Positions 27,524-41,225 of a stretch of 64,000 bases of DNA are shown here, in pieces. Both the position numbers and the translations under genes were made by a program. Below the pieces are notes generated by a model. That model was not told the DNA's origin, did no database searches, and was given only the letters and a program-made list of their open reading frames with translations. The DNA comes from Octopus sinensis (taxonomy: Eukaryota), in the NCBI RefSeq assembly GCF_006345805.1, contig NC_043017.1:558001-622000 (forward strand), given 5' to 3'. Each line of letters begins with the position of its first letter. The stretch's first letter is position 1.

Positions 27524-27622
27524 ATATGATTATATCATATAATTATATATATATAAATGTATATCATTATTTTATAATGAATTATGTATATATATTATAT
27601 ATATATATGTATATATATATAG

Positions 27623-27725
<103 letters not shown>

Positions 27726-28040
27726 AAGAGATCAGTTGTCCTACTGATGGAATATCTTTTCGAGATTCAAAAAGAAGATAACAAGGGACCACTGTTTCGA
27801 AGCTTTCAACTTCCCTACCCAGATCCTTAATGCACGTTACAACAACAGTGATTTGGGACAATCTGGAAAAGCTGGGGTCTCCAAAAAGATAAAAAGATAC
27901 AAGAATTTACTCAAAATTGTAACGTGGACTTGGTTTTGTTATCTATATTCCAAAGATGCTGTTTTATATCTTTGTTTGAAACCAGCTGTTTCTTTAAAGG
28001 AAGACTTCAAATAATTAGAAGCAGAAAAGTATATATATAG

Positions 28041-28097
<57 letters not shown>

Positions 28098-28189
28098 CAT
28101 ACATACATATATATATCTACTCTCTCTCTTTCCACTCTCTCTCTCTCATACATCTAAATACATAAGACTGATCGTATGTATATGTCTAC

Positions 28190-28249
<60 letters not shown>

Positions 28250-29046
28250 GTATCAGACTTGGCAAGAATATTTCCAAATTATTGCAAAATTATTTTGCAA
28301 ATTTTTAGATATATTTTAAGTGTGTAACCTTTAACTTGTCACGTAATTAACAAAGATAAATTAGTAAAAATTCATGTATATTGAAGAACTAAAACACCAA
28401 AACAAACTACAGTACAACAACACAAACAAAGAAATATATATATATATAAAAATAAAAATAAAAAAACTATTTATTGTAAAATCATCTTGGAAAATATTCT
28501 TGAACAGAACCTGCTTCATATTCTCTAAATAAATGTTTATATCTACATAAAATTTTTCGAAATAAAAAATAGTAATTAATTCCGAATAATTACCAAAATA
28601 TTGAAGTAGAGTAATTAAAACTAAAAATATTAACATAAACTCCAAATATGAAGGAAAAATCACCAGTAAATGCCACCTTAATTAATTAAATGTATACTAA
28701 AATATAGTAAATAATTTTTTCCGGATAATTATTATATTTTTTTCTACGGTGTAATGGCCGCCAGCAAAATGATGTTAAAATTTAAAGTTAACGACACAGG
28801 AGAGAAATTGTAATATAGAAACGGAACGTTTCTTGGCTACACACACTCACGCACACACAGACACACACACACAACACACACACACACGCACACACACACC
28901 ACACACGCACACGCACATACGCACGTACGCACACACACACACACACACGCACACACACACAAACGTACTCAAGGATACTACAAATAGTTTACATAGAAGA
29001 CTACATATACATAAAAATATTTATACTGTCTCCAATATGTGTATAT

Positions 29047-29098
<52 letters not shown>

Positions 29099-29125
29099 TA
29101 TATATATACATACATAGATATACAA

Positions 29126-29156
<31 letters not shown>

Positions 29157-29237
29157 CACATAGATATACATATATATATATATATACATTATACCTATAT
29201 GGATACCTTTGTACATATATGTATAAGTATATATATA

Positions 29238-29276
<39 letters not shown>

Positions 29277-29377
29277 CTGCATATACATGTATATATATTC
29301 ATACATATATGTATATTCATACATATATGTATATTTGTACATATTTTTCATGTATCTCTATAAGTACAGAATACAGC

Positions 29378-29445
<68 letters not shown>

Positions 29446-29458
29446 CCTATCTATCTAC

Positions 29459-29543
<85 letters not shown>

Positions 29544-29584
29544 GTCTATCTATCTATCTTCTATCTATCTATATCTATCTATCT

Positions 29585-29684
<100 letters not shown>

Positions 29685-30169
29685 TCATATATACATATAT
29701 GTGTGCACATACACACGCCTATATTTATGTACAGATGTGTATACATATAATGCATATAGAAACATGGATTGATATTAGCTGTAATATTTGGTCTCCAGGA
29801 AATCTCTCCAAAAGATTTATGCTTTAAAAAAACAGTAATTTTTGGAGAACCTGGTGTTTCGTCGTGCTTTTGTCTCGTCAGTGACGATTATACCAGTCGA
29901 TCACGTGCAAGTAGGAAAATGCTCTACGATACTGAAATCAGTAAATGAGACATTTTCTGATTTGAGCCAAACTTATTTAGGTTGTGCATTAAAAAACTCG
30001 TTTCCTAACCGCATGGTTCTGTGTTCAGAGGACGACATTGATAGTGATAATAATGATGGTGATGCTGAAACTGATGATGATGACGGCGACGACAACAACA
30101 ACAACGATGATGATGATGATGATGATGATCATACTTATGATGTTGATAGCCATGTTGATTATGATGATC

Positions 30170-30360
30170 TTTTACTCTTTTATTTGTTTCAGTCATTTGA
30201 CTGTGGCCATGCTGGAGCACCGCCTTCAGTCGAGCAAATCGACCCCAGGACTTATTCTTTTTAAGCCTAGTAATCTTTTGCCAAACCGCTATGTTACGGG
30301 GACGTAAACACTCTAGCATCGGTTATTAAGCGATGTTTGGGGTACAATCACAGGCACACA
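30170..30360 (-). mobile_element. SINE family A 3' half
   Basis: tttcagtcatttgactgtggccatgctggagcaccgcc is the reverse complement of the SINE tail. Confidence 0.85.
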
Positions 30361-30400
30361 AACACACACACACACACACACACACACGCACGCACATATA

Positions 30401-30598
30401 GGGAGATTTCACAAAAAAACATAAAAGACGAAGACAGGTGGTGTAGACAACAAACAGATGTATTAGTCTAACACTCGGGAAGTGAAAAAGTCTTTCACGT
30501 TTCGAGTCTACGCTCTTCCTCAGAAAGGAACACAGAAAGAAACAAGGAGAGAAAATAAAAGAATGTGTAGTGGCTGGCGATCTATCATGGCAAATACC

Positions 30599-30600
<2 letters not shown>
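30401..30600 (-). mobile_element. ~200-bp hammerhead-bearing repeat (Penelope-like terminal fragment), copy 1
   Basis: Near-identical to 38216-38396; inserted in TA/CA microsatellite. Confidence 0.7.
30491..30527 (-). ncRNA. Minimal type I hammerhead ribozyme-like motif
   Basis: Minus strand cttt-CTGAGGA-A-GAG(cgtaga)CTC-GAAAC-GTG-aaag; canonical core but GUG at the cleavage triplet. Confidence 0.55.
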
Positions 30601-30637
<37 letters not shown>

Positions 30638-30702
30638 TATATATACACACATATATACGTATGTATGTATGTATTATGTATGTATGTATGTATGTATGTA
30701 TG

Positions 30703-30733
<31 letters not shown>

Positions 30734-31434
30734 GTATGTATGTATGTATGTATGTATGTATTATGTATGTATGTATGTATGTGTATAGATATTGTTTAAT
30801 CCGCCAATGCTTTCCGCTGCATTTCGTTCGGTCCGCACGCGCTGTAGGGGCATAACTTTGAAACATTTGTCATTCTCTCTCGTATCGTAACCTTCTCTTC
30901 TTGCTGCCATATTGTCTACAAAAGGTAAATTTGATCTCTGGCTTAGAAGATCTTCGCCAGGAAGAAACGGGAAACAAGGGGAGAAGGGCAAAAATGGACG
31001 ATACATACACACAAACACACACACTAATACATATACACACATTAACCAACACATACATACCTCCACACTCACTCACATACAGAGTCACTCGCACACAGAC
31101 ATAGATACATATATACAGGCACACACACATATATATGTTTATATATGCATATATATAATATATATATATGTTTACATGTATTTATGTTATATGTATATAA
31201 ATATGTATACATAAATTTATTTAAACGCATATATACATACAACGACACACACATACGTACATACGCATGCGCAAACACTCACACTCACACACACACACAC
31301 ACATACACATAGATATTTCCCCTTTGATCTCCCCCCCCTTTTAAACCACATCGGGCATTTTATTTTCTCCGTTCATTCTAGCGCTGCCGCTTGTCTTCAA
31401 TTTATGTATACGGCTGCCTAATGGCGGAACATAA

Positions 31435-31438
31435 TAAA

Positions 31439-31485
<47 letters not shown>

Positions 31486-31486
31486 T

Positions 31487-31552
<66 letters not shown>

Positions 31553-32610
31553 TAATAATAATAATAATAATAATATATAATAATAATAATATAATAATAA
31601 TATAATAATAATAATAATATTAATAATAATAATAATAATAATAATAGAAAAAAATAATAATGATAATAATAATAACAACAACAACAACAGCAACTGAATA
31701 AAAAATTAAGAAAGGATGAAAAGTTTGGCGTCGGTGCATATCAAAGTGAAACTTTCTTCACCTTTTCTGTGTGACAATCCAATATCTGACCGGATTAAAG
31801 AATCATCGATTGTTTACTTGTTGCTTAGCTCTGTGTTAACGGAAATCTACGAATGAAACAACGTTTTCAAGACTCGATCAAGTTTGTAGTGGCAGCACCA
31901 AACCAACACCACACACCCACAACAAACAGCTGCAGCTGTACCACCACACCACCGCTACTACACTATGACCGCCACAGCCACTACCACCGCTACTACTACT
32001 AACAAAACCACCACAACCACCTTTACGACGACGGCAACGACGTCCGTCACACAACCACCTCTGCTACCACCACGACGAAGACCACCTCCGACACCACTGC
32101 TACCATCACTACCGCCACCGTCACCAACACTACCACCATCACAGCGACGAGACTACGGTGAGGACCGCCACCACCATCACCACCACCACCGCCACCACCA
32201 CCACCACCACCACCACCGCCACCACCACCATCACCACCACCACAACCACCACCGCCGCCGCCGACAACAACAAAACCACATTCATCACCACTACCCGCAC
32301 CATCGCCGCCACTATTACCATCATCGTTATAGTGATGACTACGTTGTTGATCACAGCCACCGCCACCACCATGAGCAACACCACGGCCACCATCACAATG
32401 CGGGAAACGCTCAACACCACTTTCACCACTACCACCACCACCAACACCACCACCAACAACTACAATATCCTTGACCGCCACCACCACCACTACTACTATC
32501 ACCGTGACATTATGTCAATGATGACTTCCACAGTCACTAACCATCATCACACTACCGCCATCACCACCACCACACCCTTCATCACTAACTTCACAAACCC
32601 TCACCATTCC
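31435..32610. repeat. (AAT)n (31435-31695) and degenerate (CAC)n (31900-32610) arrays
   Basis: Directly visible. Confidence 0.85.
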
Positions 32611-33305
32611 ACCACCTGAACTTTCTCCCTCTTCTCCATCCTTCTCTCCTTTATTTCCTTCCTTCCGTCCATCCGTCCTTCCTTCCTTTCTCGTTTCCTT
32701 CCATTCTTCCCCTCCTCATCTCTCTTTCTACCTCTTTTTTCCATCCATCTTTCCTTCCTCCTTTCACTTTTCGGTCCTGCGTTCGTTCCTTCTTCCCTTG
32801 CTTCGTTCGTTCGTTCGTTCGTTCGTTCGTTCCTTCCTTCCTTCCTTCCCACAACGCCCATCTTTGAGATTCCCCTGCCATCCATTATTCCGAACGAATC
32901 AAAACACACCTTTGGTTCTGTGTGACGTGGTGGAGTTGCCGGTGTGAGTAATAAGAAGAAATAACATGCGAATAATGAATACATATATAAACAAATACAT
33001 AAATAAATATAAAGTAAAACAGATAATTAAGATATAAAGAAAGAAAATAAAGGAAATTTACAAAAACACGGTGAAAGAAGAAAAAAAATAAGGAAAATAA
33101 CCAAAATTTCCAAACAAAATGGCTTCTCAAAAATTGTAAAACGGAAACCTATAGCAGGAAACAATTTTTACACAATCCTATCTTATAACATTGTTTTGCA
33201 ATTCGTTCTCTCTCTGTCTCTGTCTCTCTCTCTCTCTCTCTTTGTTACTGGCAGTATATAGGCACATATACATTCATACGTGTATATATATAATATATAT
33301 ATTAT

Positions 33306-33339
<34 letters not shown>

Positions 33340-33644
33340 ATATCGCAAAATTCAATATTATGAATATACGTTAGTGTGTATGTGTACATATATATACATA
33401 TGCAGGTGTGTAAGTACATAGATATATGAACATACATACATACGTATATGTATTTATATGCATATATATATATATATATTTATATGCATATATATATATA
33501 TACATAATTTTTCGTTATTGTGTAAAGCTATGCTGCACGTAAATTCATGCATTGATTCACAAACACACAAAGGCATTTACACATATACACACATACACAT
33601 ATATACTTATATATCCATAGATAAATAAATACATACATGTAATA

Positions 33645-33691
<47 letters not shown>

Positions 33692-33842
33692 CGTATGTAT
33701 ATATAAGTAGGTATACAACATATTACATTATCATATTAAATGCCATATTGTGTAAAATTCTATTATGAAAACCACTACAAAGCCATAATGATATAAAGCC
33801 GGTACAAAAGACTCGCAACCAATCAATAAGAAGTCGATATAT

Positions 33843-33885
33843 GAGATCGGCAGCTGGTTTCGTTGAGGAAACTCATCGGAATATC
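33843..33885 (-). ncRNA. Degenerate hammerhead ribozyme-like motif
   Basis: Minus strand gatatt-CCGATGA-GTT(tcctc)AAC-GAAAC-CAGCTG-CC-gatctc; U4>C and damaged cleavage site. Confidence 0.4.
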
Positions 33886-34074
33886 GAGCGTGCCGTCGCC
33901 CTTTCATATGACGCCATGATGACGCCGATCGTTTGCTTGCATCATATTCTCTCTCTCTGAGCCGTTAGAATTACTGGTACCACTGAGGGTGGATCTACCT
34001 TCTATACCTGTAGTTTTCGGGATTTTGTTAACCGATGAATTTATCTTGGATTTTAAATTTTATTTTTAACGTGA

Positions 34075-34460
34075 TTTCGTCATTGGACTGCGGCCAGGGC
34101 GGAGCACCGTCTTGGTCATTTTAGACAAATCGCCGCCTGTACATATTTTCGCTTTTAATTTTTTTTATCGGTGTCTTTTGACGAACAGCTACATTACAGG
34201 GAGGGACGTAAACAAACCAACAACGATCGTCAAGCGTTGATGAGGTTCAAACACAAGCACAAAGGCATATTCGTAGATACCCGCCACGCGTATACGACGA
34301 CCTTTTGTCATTTTCAGTTTACCAAATTCCCTAACAGAGCATGGGTCGGCCCATGACTTTGCAGACGACATTTGCCTAGTGTACCAGACAGTGGCACTAA
34401 CCCCAAGACCACAAGGCGGCGAAGCAAGCTTTTTCAACTACAATACCACGCCTGCATCTA
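34075..34460 (-). mobile_element. SINE family A, strongly diverged copy
   Basis: gactgcggccagggcggagcaccg (tail) ... gggacgtaaac ... cagtggcactaacccc (B-box), in reverse orientation. Confidence 0.7.
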
Positions 34461-34628
34461 CCAGCCATTCTTGCACCTACGAGCCACGCATGCGCCGATT
34501 TCATATTTATTTTTGATACGTTCTGGCAGATTCGAAAGCAAATATACAGTATTGTGTTCCGCACAAGAGGAGAACTGCTTCACGACGACTAGTTATTCAT
34601 AACACACACTATTCATTATTATATGGGA

Positions 34629-34674
34629 TTCTGTGACACCGTTGTTTCGATATCTTGTATCTCGTCAGTCAGAA
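34629..34674 (-). ncRNA. Minimal type I hammerhead ribozyme
   Basis: Minus strand ttctga-CTGACGA-GATA(caaga)TATC-GAAA-CAACGGTG-TC-acagaa: intact core, 4-bp stem II, near-palindromic stem III, GUC site, 5-bp stem I with one junction mismatch. Confidence 0.75.
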
Positions 34675-34957
34675 GCGCTTGGACATCCGACTCTGAACAA
34701 GACCAGTTAACTTTTGTTTATAATTTCAGTGAATAAATTGTTTTCTGGTTAGTGCTGGTATCTGTCAGCCAATAATAAATCGATATTGGCACTGTCTACT
34801 GCGAGAATCGAAACAATGTCTTACATAATTATTCTTAATATGTTGCAACACAATCGAACGTAAATATACTAATTGCTGTTGCTTTCTTTACAGACTGAGC
34901 CTTTCCTTTACGACGAGCATCTATTCATAACGCACTCAATTCTTTAGTACAAGGTAT

Positions 34958-35002
34958 TGCAGGATACCTATGTTTCGACATTTTCCGTCTCGTCAGCTCG
35001 CA
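34958..35002 (-). ncRNA. Minimal type I hammerhead ribozyme, second unit
   Basis: Minus strand tgcgag-CTGACGA-GACG(gaaaa)TGTC-GAAA-CATAGGTA-TC-ctgca; core lies 328 bp from the previous motif. Confidence 0.65.
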
Positions 35003-35514
35003 GCAAGATAACTATTGAATCTAACAAAAACCAATGGCCTGTTTATAACTTCAACGAACGAACTATTCGCTGATCCGTGTTCACATCTATCAACCGACAA
35101 TGAATCATTTTTCACAGTTTGAACAGCAAGCTTCAAAATGGTGATTGGCATATTAATTTTTGTTCTAGAAGTTTCGAAACGCAGACATGGGTTATCCTCA
35201 CCGTGCATCGGACGATTTATTTTATTGTCAAAATTCCACGAAACTAAAGAAATACACACAAATATATCCATTTCCTTAGAATTTAGGCGCAGGCATGGCT
35301 GTGTGGTTACGAAGCTCTCTTTGCTAGAGTAATAAAGCCGAAAATCGGAAAAAAATCTTCCCAAACTGTAACTCAGAGTTTCACAAGAACTATCTTCACA
35401 CAGTTGTGATAATCCAACAGCCTGAGGAACGGGTCATGTGATACTCTAAATAACATTTTGTGAAGCTTTGCCCGACAGTATGTATGTCACTTCTATTTTT
35501 AATTATTATAAATC

Positions 35515-36480
35515 TTCTACTGAGGAGGGAGCCGGTTTCCAACAAAGATACAAGGCTCCATCTTTGGGATGTAGTTAACACAGACAAATTCCCATTTGGA
35601 GCTTGAGAAAAGTGTTGCATATTTTTCCTATTCCACTCACAGATTGCACTTGTAATGTACGAACTAGCCGGTCGATTTCTCTTTCTGAAAATCCCAGTTT
35701 ATCCAGATTCTTCTTTAAGTATTTGCTAACAAAACCTAGTGCTCCGATTATTATTGTCATGAATGACTTCATAGTGTGGATATAGAAGCTGGGGGTTTCG
35801 AAGCAGTTGTCCATAGAAATGATCTTTTCCTTTGATTTTCAGAGAGATATTTATATCTGGTGAGTGGCTGAACTCTATGATGGTACATACCTTTGCCCCT
35901 CTGTCCCAAACCACAGCATCCACCCTGTTATGTTTACAGTTGACAGAAGTTTTGATGGGATTATTCCACCAGTATTCCTTGAGTTAGTGTTTATGAATGT
36001 ATTCCATAAGAGAGGGATTTTCTAAGCTTATTTCAGGACAGTCTTTCTTGTGGATGGTATTGTAAATTGTTTTAGTAGCAACATCGTGCTGAATAGGAGG
36101 TAGTACCGTGACGACATTTTAGGACAGCTGCTAATCACATGTGTGATGTCTTCCACAGAAACATGACATAGCCTACACATGCTGTTGCACTATGGGATTA
36201 CAAGAGCGTCACCGTCTCTCTTGTTCACCAGGTTCCTGGAATGCAAATGCATAGCCTTCAAAGTGTGATGTGCTGTAGTGGTCTTGTGTCAAAGAGAGGC
36301 TGCGCTTCGTGTCAAATCCACTGTCTTCCGGGCAACATAAACACGCATAGTCTTTTTTGTATGCCGAGTGCTTTCCATCTAGATCTTCTCTAAGGTAAGA
36401 GAGCCCAGCTGTTTTGGGGCTGTATAGGAGAACATCGGGAAGAGGGTGCTTCTGGAGGAGCACACTGCCAACTCGACAAT
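35515..36480 (-). pseudogene. R4/Dong-like non-LTR retrotransposon 3' remnant with 3' UTR
   Basis: FEGYAFAFQE, decayed CCHC finger, RHD motif, HNRVDAVVWD...CTIIEFS (PD-(D/E)xK-type endonuclease), IIIGALG; the 3' UTR motif recurs at ~57980-58040. Confidence 0.75.
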
Positions 36481-36637
36481 GTTGTTCACTTCACTTTTCA
36501 GCACTGTGTTTATATATTTATTTTTGCAGCTATTGTTTATGTATGTATGTATGTATGTATGTATGTATGTATGTATGTATGTATGTATGTATGTATGTAT
36601 GTATGTATGTATGTATGTATGCATGCATGCATGTATG

Positions 36638-36668
<31 letters not shown>

Positions 36669-37481
36669 GTATGTATGTATGTATACATACAATGTATACA
36701 TCGTGCAATGACCATACTCGATAACGAGGGGGCAGCCATAATGTATGTATACATGCATGCATGTATGTGCGTATGCATGTATGTATGTGTGTGTGTGCAT
36801 GTGTGCGTGCGTATGTATGTATGTATGTAAGTATATATGTATGTATATTTATAATGCATGTGTTTATGTATGTATGTATTTGAAAAGGGTGTGAGAACCC
36901 GCGTTGCCTTGTTTACGCCCCAGTACCTTAGTCGTTCAGCAGAACAGACTCTAGAATGGATACAAGACTAAAACTTACAAGGAAATTCCCCAGCATCGCC
37001 ACAGCCTAATGACTGAAACTAGTAAAAGAAGATGAGTCGAGAAAGATCCCGACCCAGATTATTTCATTGCAATTTAGACATCATCTCAGGGCTATAATAT
37101 GAAATAAAAAAAAAATGAGATTGAACTAAAACAACAAAACAAATGAGTATTTCGTGTATTTCTTTTTTTGTGGCCATAGATTTGAAAAGCAAACCCTTCA
37201 TTTCTAGAATATTATGTATTGGTTGTTGGCCCAAGATAAATCAGGTGTGTGTGTGTGCCGACCAATATATTACAGAGAGAACGTTTCGTCGACACTCTCG
37301 ACATCTGTACTTTACTTTATCGACCCCGGTGAATGAAAATAAAGTTGGCGCTTTCGTATGTATTACATGTATGTATGAACGTACGTACGTACGTATGTAT
37401 GTATACACACACACACATATATATATATATGCATACATACATGCACGCAGACAGACGGACATGCACACACACACACATACA

Positions 37482-37895
37482 CTTTTACTCTGTTACTTGT
37501 TTCATTCATTTGACTGTGGCTATGCTGGGGCACCTCCTTTAGTCGAGCAAATTGACTAGTACTGTAAGCCTAGTACTTATTTTATCGTTCCCTTTTGCCA
37601 AACCACTAAGTTACGGAGACGTAAACACACCAGCATCGGCTGTCAAGTGATGTTGGGGGACAAATACATACACACACAGACACAGACACAGACACACACA
37701 CTCACACACACACGCGCACATATACATATATACGACGAGCTTCTTTTCAGTTTCCGTCTACCAAATCCACTCACAAGGCTTTGGTCGGCCCGAGGCTATA
37801 GTAGGAGACATTTGCCCAAGGTGCCAAGCAGTGGGACTGAACAAGGAACCATGTGGTTGGTAAGCAAGCTACTTACCACACAGCCACTCTTACAC
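37482..37895 (-). mobile_element. Full-length SINE family A
   Basis: Reverse complement of the 1368-1780 copy from tail to head. Confidence 0.9.
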
Positions 37896-38179
37896 TTGTA
37901 CAGGACCATTTACATGTAGGCTGTATTGAGTTATTGAAAGTACACTCACAAATCAATAACTGCAACATATTAAAATAAACATATGAATTTCGTCTTATTT
38001 GATCCCTGAGGCCTCAAATATAAAAGAAGACAAAATACATATAATTGTTTTAATATATTTCAGTTATTGATCTAGAACTACAGTTTGTGCTACGAAATCT
38101 GTCACTTGGTATATATGTATTTGCGGACATATATACATATAGTTATACTATACTATACATACATAAGCACACACGCACG

Positions 38180-38215
<36 letters not shown>

Positions 38216-38396
38216 GGGAGAATTCACAAAAAAGAAAACAAAAGACGAAGACAGGTGGTGTAGACAACAAATAGATGTATTAGTTTAACGCTCGGGAAGT
38301 GAAAAAGTCTTTCACGTTTCGAGCCTATGCTCTTCAACAGAAAGAAACAAGGAGAGAAAATAAAGAATGTGTAGTGGCTAGTGATCTATCATGGCG
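38216..38396 (-). mobile_element. ~200-bp hammerhead-bearing repeat, copy 2
   Basis: Matches 30401-30600 with the same TATA|GGGAG boundary. Confidence 0.7.
38308..38345 (-). ncRNA. Minimal type I hammerhead ribozyme-like motif
   Basis: Minus strand tcttt-CTGTTGA-A-GAGC(atag)GCTC-GAAAC-GTG-aaaga; perfect stems I and II, core A6>U, GUG triplet. Confidence 0.5.
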
Positions 38397-38398
38397 AT

Positions 38399-38429
<31 letters not shown>

Positions 38430-39179
38430 TACATATTGTTCATACATATATCTACATATATACATTCATACATACATACACACACACATATATACATATA
38501 TGAAGATGTGTGTATATATATAATTCTATGCAAAGGAGTATGTTTGGGTTGAAGTAGAATAAAACTGCACTCAGTACAAAACTAGAGTATATGTGTTTAT
38601 TTCATGGGTGAAATTACTGTTCAGAGTTTTGCAAAATGTCTCCTGTTAACCACATGACTACATTTTGAGGGTTTATCATACAGCGCCATATTTATATCAA
38701 AGATGTATGTTGGCAGCTACCATAATAGGAAAATGAAAAGAAGAAATTGCTGTAGTTCTATTTAAAATTTAAATTGAAAAGACAAATATCCAGTATTCAC
38801 AATTCTATATGCATTCCCATTCCTATTATGATCCCTGGAAGAATCAACATTTGAAGATTTCAGAATATCCGTAGAAAATAAAACATATGAGATCTTATCT
38901 ATAAAATATTTATTCCCCATCTTACGCACGTTTTATTAACAAGAAATGATTATTACTAACATAATGTCAATTACATAATCAAAATGCATTGTTACATCTT
39001 CAGAGTTGCAAAACATTTCTACGTAGCATAATTGGATTAATAACAGAAATATGATTTCGGACGTATAAATCAATATTTTCAGTGGTTTCCCAGAAATCCA
39101 TGTCGTATTGTGTATATGCATGTGTGTACGTGTATATGTAGGATTAGCTGATCACATTGATGCGGATGTAAATATAAAA

Positions 39180-39500
39180 GGTGACACGCAGTGGAAGTGA
39201 ACCCCGAAACCATGTGGTTGAGAAGCAAGCTTCCTGCCACACACACAATCACACACAAACACACACATACACACACACATGCACACACACATCTTTTAAC
39301 TATTCCTGGTCCCAGTCTTTAGACTATCGCCAGATTGTGGTACCGCAGTCAAGAAAATCAGTCAAACAAATAGACCCCGCTTCATATTTGTTAAGAGTGG
39401 TACTTATTCTATCGGTCCCTTTCGCCGAATTGCTAAGATACAGGGACGTAACCACACCAACAACGGTTGTCAAGAGGAGAGGTCGTGGAGTGACAAACAC
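39180..39500 (-). mobile_element. SINE family A fragments (head and 3' half)
   Basis: acgcagtggaagtgaaccccgaaaccatgtggttg and tacttattctatcggtccc...gggacgtaaccacacc match the SINE in reverse. Confidence 0.65.
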
Positions 39501-39691
39501 AGATATGACACAGACAAAGACAAACATACAGACACACACGCGCGCGCGCATTCACACACATAGGTATATGTGAATGTATATAATATACTAAATATATATG
39601 CTTATTATATATATGCATATATATATATATATATATATGTATATACATATGTCTGTCTGTATGTATGTATGTATGTATGTATGTATGTATG

Positions 39692-39732
<41 letters not shown>

Positions 39733-39895
39733 CCCATTCTGTCTGTCGACCTGTCATATGTATACATAAGACTATATATATATATATCACCGTGACCGAC
39801 CAGGCTATCAGATGTTGCTACACATCGCTGGTTACATTGCGCTTCGCATTGTTTTAGCCTTCAAATGACGCCACCTCGCTGGCTAAGCGAGCAGG

Positions 39896-39949
<54 letters not shown>

Positions 39950-41225
39950 TTATATGTTTATGAGTGTAAGTATATTTATATTAATATATAGATTAATATC
40001 TATGTATTTATCTATTCATCTGGCAATCTGCTTGTCTGTCTGTCTGTATTTATTTAAAGTGTATTTATGAATATATTAAAATTAATGTGTCCATTTATGA
40101 ATATCTTTAACTTCCCTTCTTGTCCATATTAGTACATCACAGTGCATCCACACACATACACAAAAATACAAACGTACACAAACTCACGCGTACGTGCACG
40201 TGCACACACACTCGCGTTACATACTTGAATGTGGAAGACATAGAATGCGCATCAAAAATTAATTCATCTTCATCATTCTAAGCTACCGCCACCACCAACC
40301 CCACCAGCACCATCTACGTGACTACAATCATCAGGACCACTACACCCTCTGCTGCGACCATTTATCCAAGAACTATCACCTAGACAACAACTACGACGGC
40401 GACGACGACAAAGACGACCGACCATCAGCATTACTACCAGAACCAACACCATAATCCTACCACCACCACCACCACCACCACTACTACTATCACCACCGCC
40501 GCCGTCTTCATTACCAAAAGCCACGTCTTTTCCATTATAGAATGATTTAAAAATAATTTTTCAAAAACTATGAAATAATAACTAAATTACCAGGAAGCAT
40601 AATAAGATATAATCAGATATATTAGAACGTAATAAAATAACACTGAATAAAATATAATAAAATAAAATATATAATGTTGAAGATAAATTGAATTTTCATA
40701 GTATAGTTTTTTTATAGCTTTAATCCATTATAATAAAGATAGTTCTAGATTTTTCACTTTGAAGCTTTCATGTAATGGTAGTTCGCTTTGTCTTTTTGTT
40801 TGTGTTTGTGGGGATTTTTGTTACTAGTAAGTCTGACTTTTATTTCTGCTTCTCTGCTACGGTGATGCGCTCGACTACAACCATCTGTATTAAGACCAGT
40901 CCAGATATTGAAGACCTTTGCTGACCAGTACAGTCAATATCCAATTTGTAACGCAACAGAGCTGGTCAAAATATACGACACCAGATCTCAAAATAGACTT
41001 TATCGTAACGTAACAGGTCTTCCGACATCACACAACACCTCACTGTAAAAGAGAATTGACCATACATACTTGATCTGGCCTCAACACACAACACGAGACA
41101 GTAGATCAGACCTGAACACACCAGATTGATGCAAATGCACTAAAGTGACCACCACGTATCAGACACACTGGAATGACCACTAAAACCCCTATGAAAATAC
41201 TTATCGATATAATTATAAATCTTAA

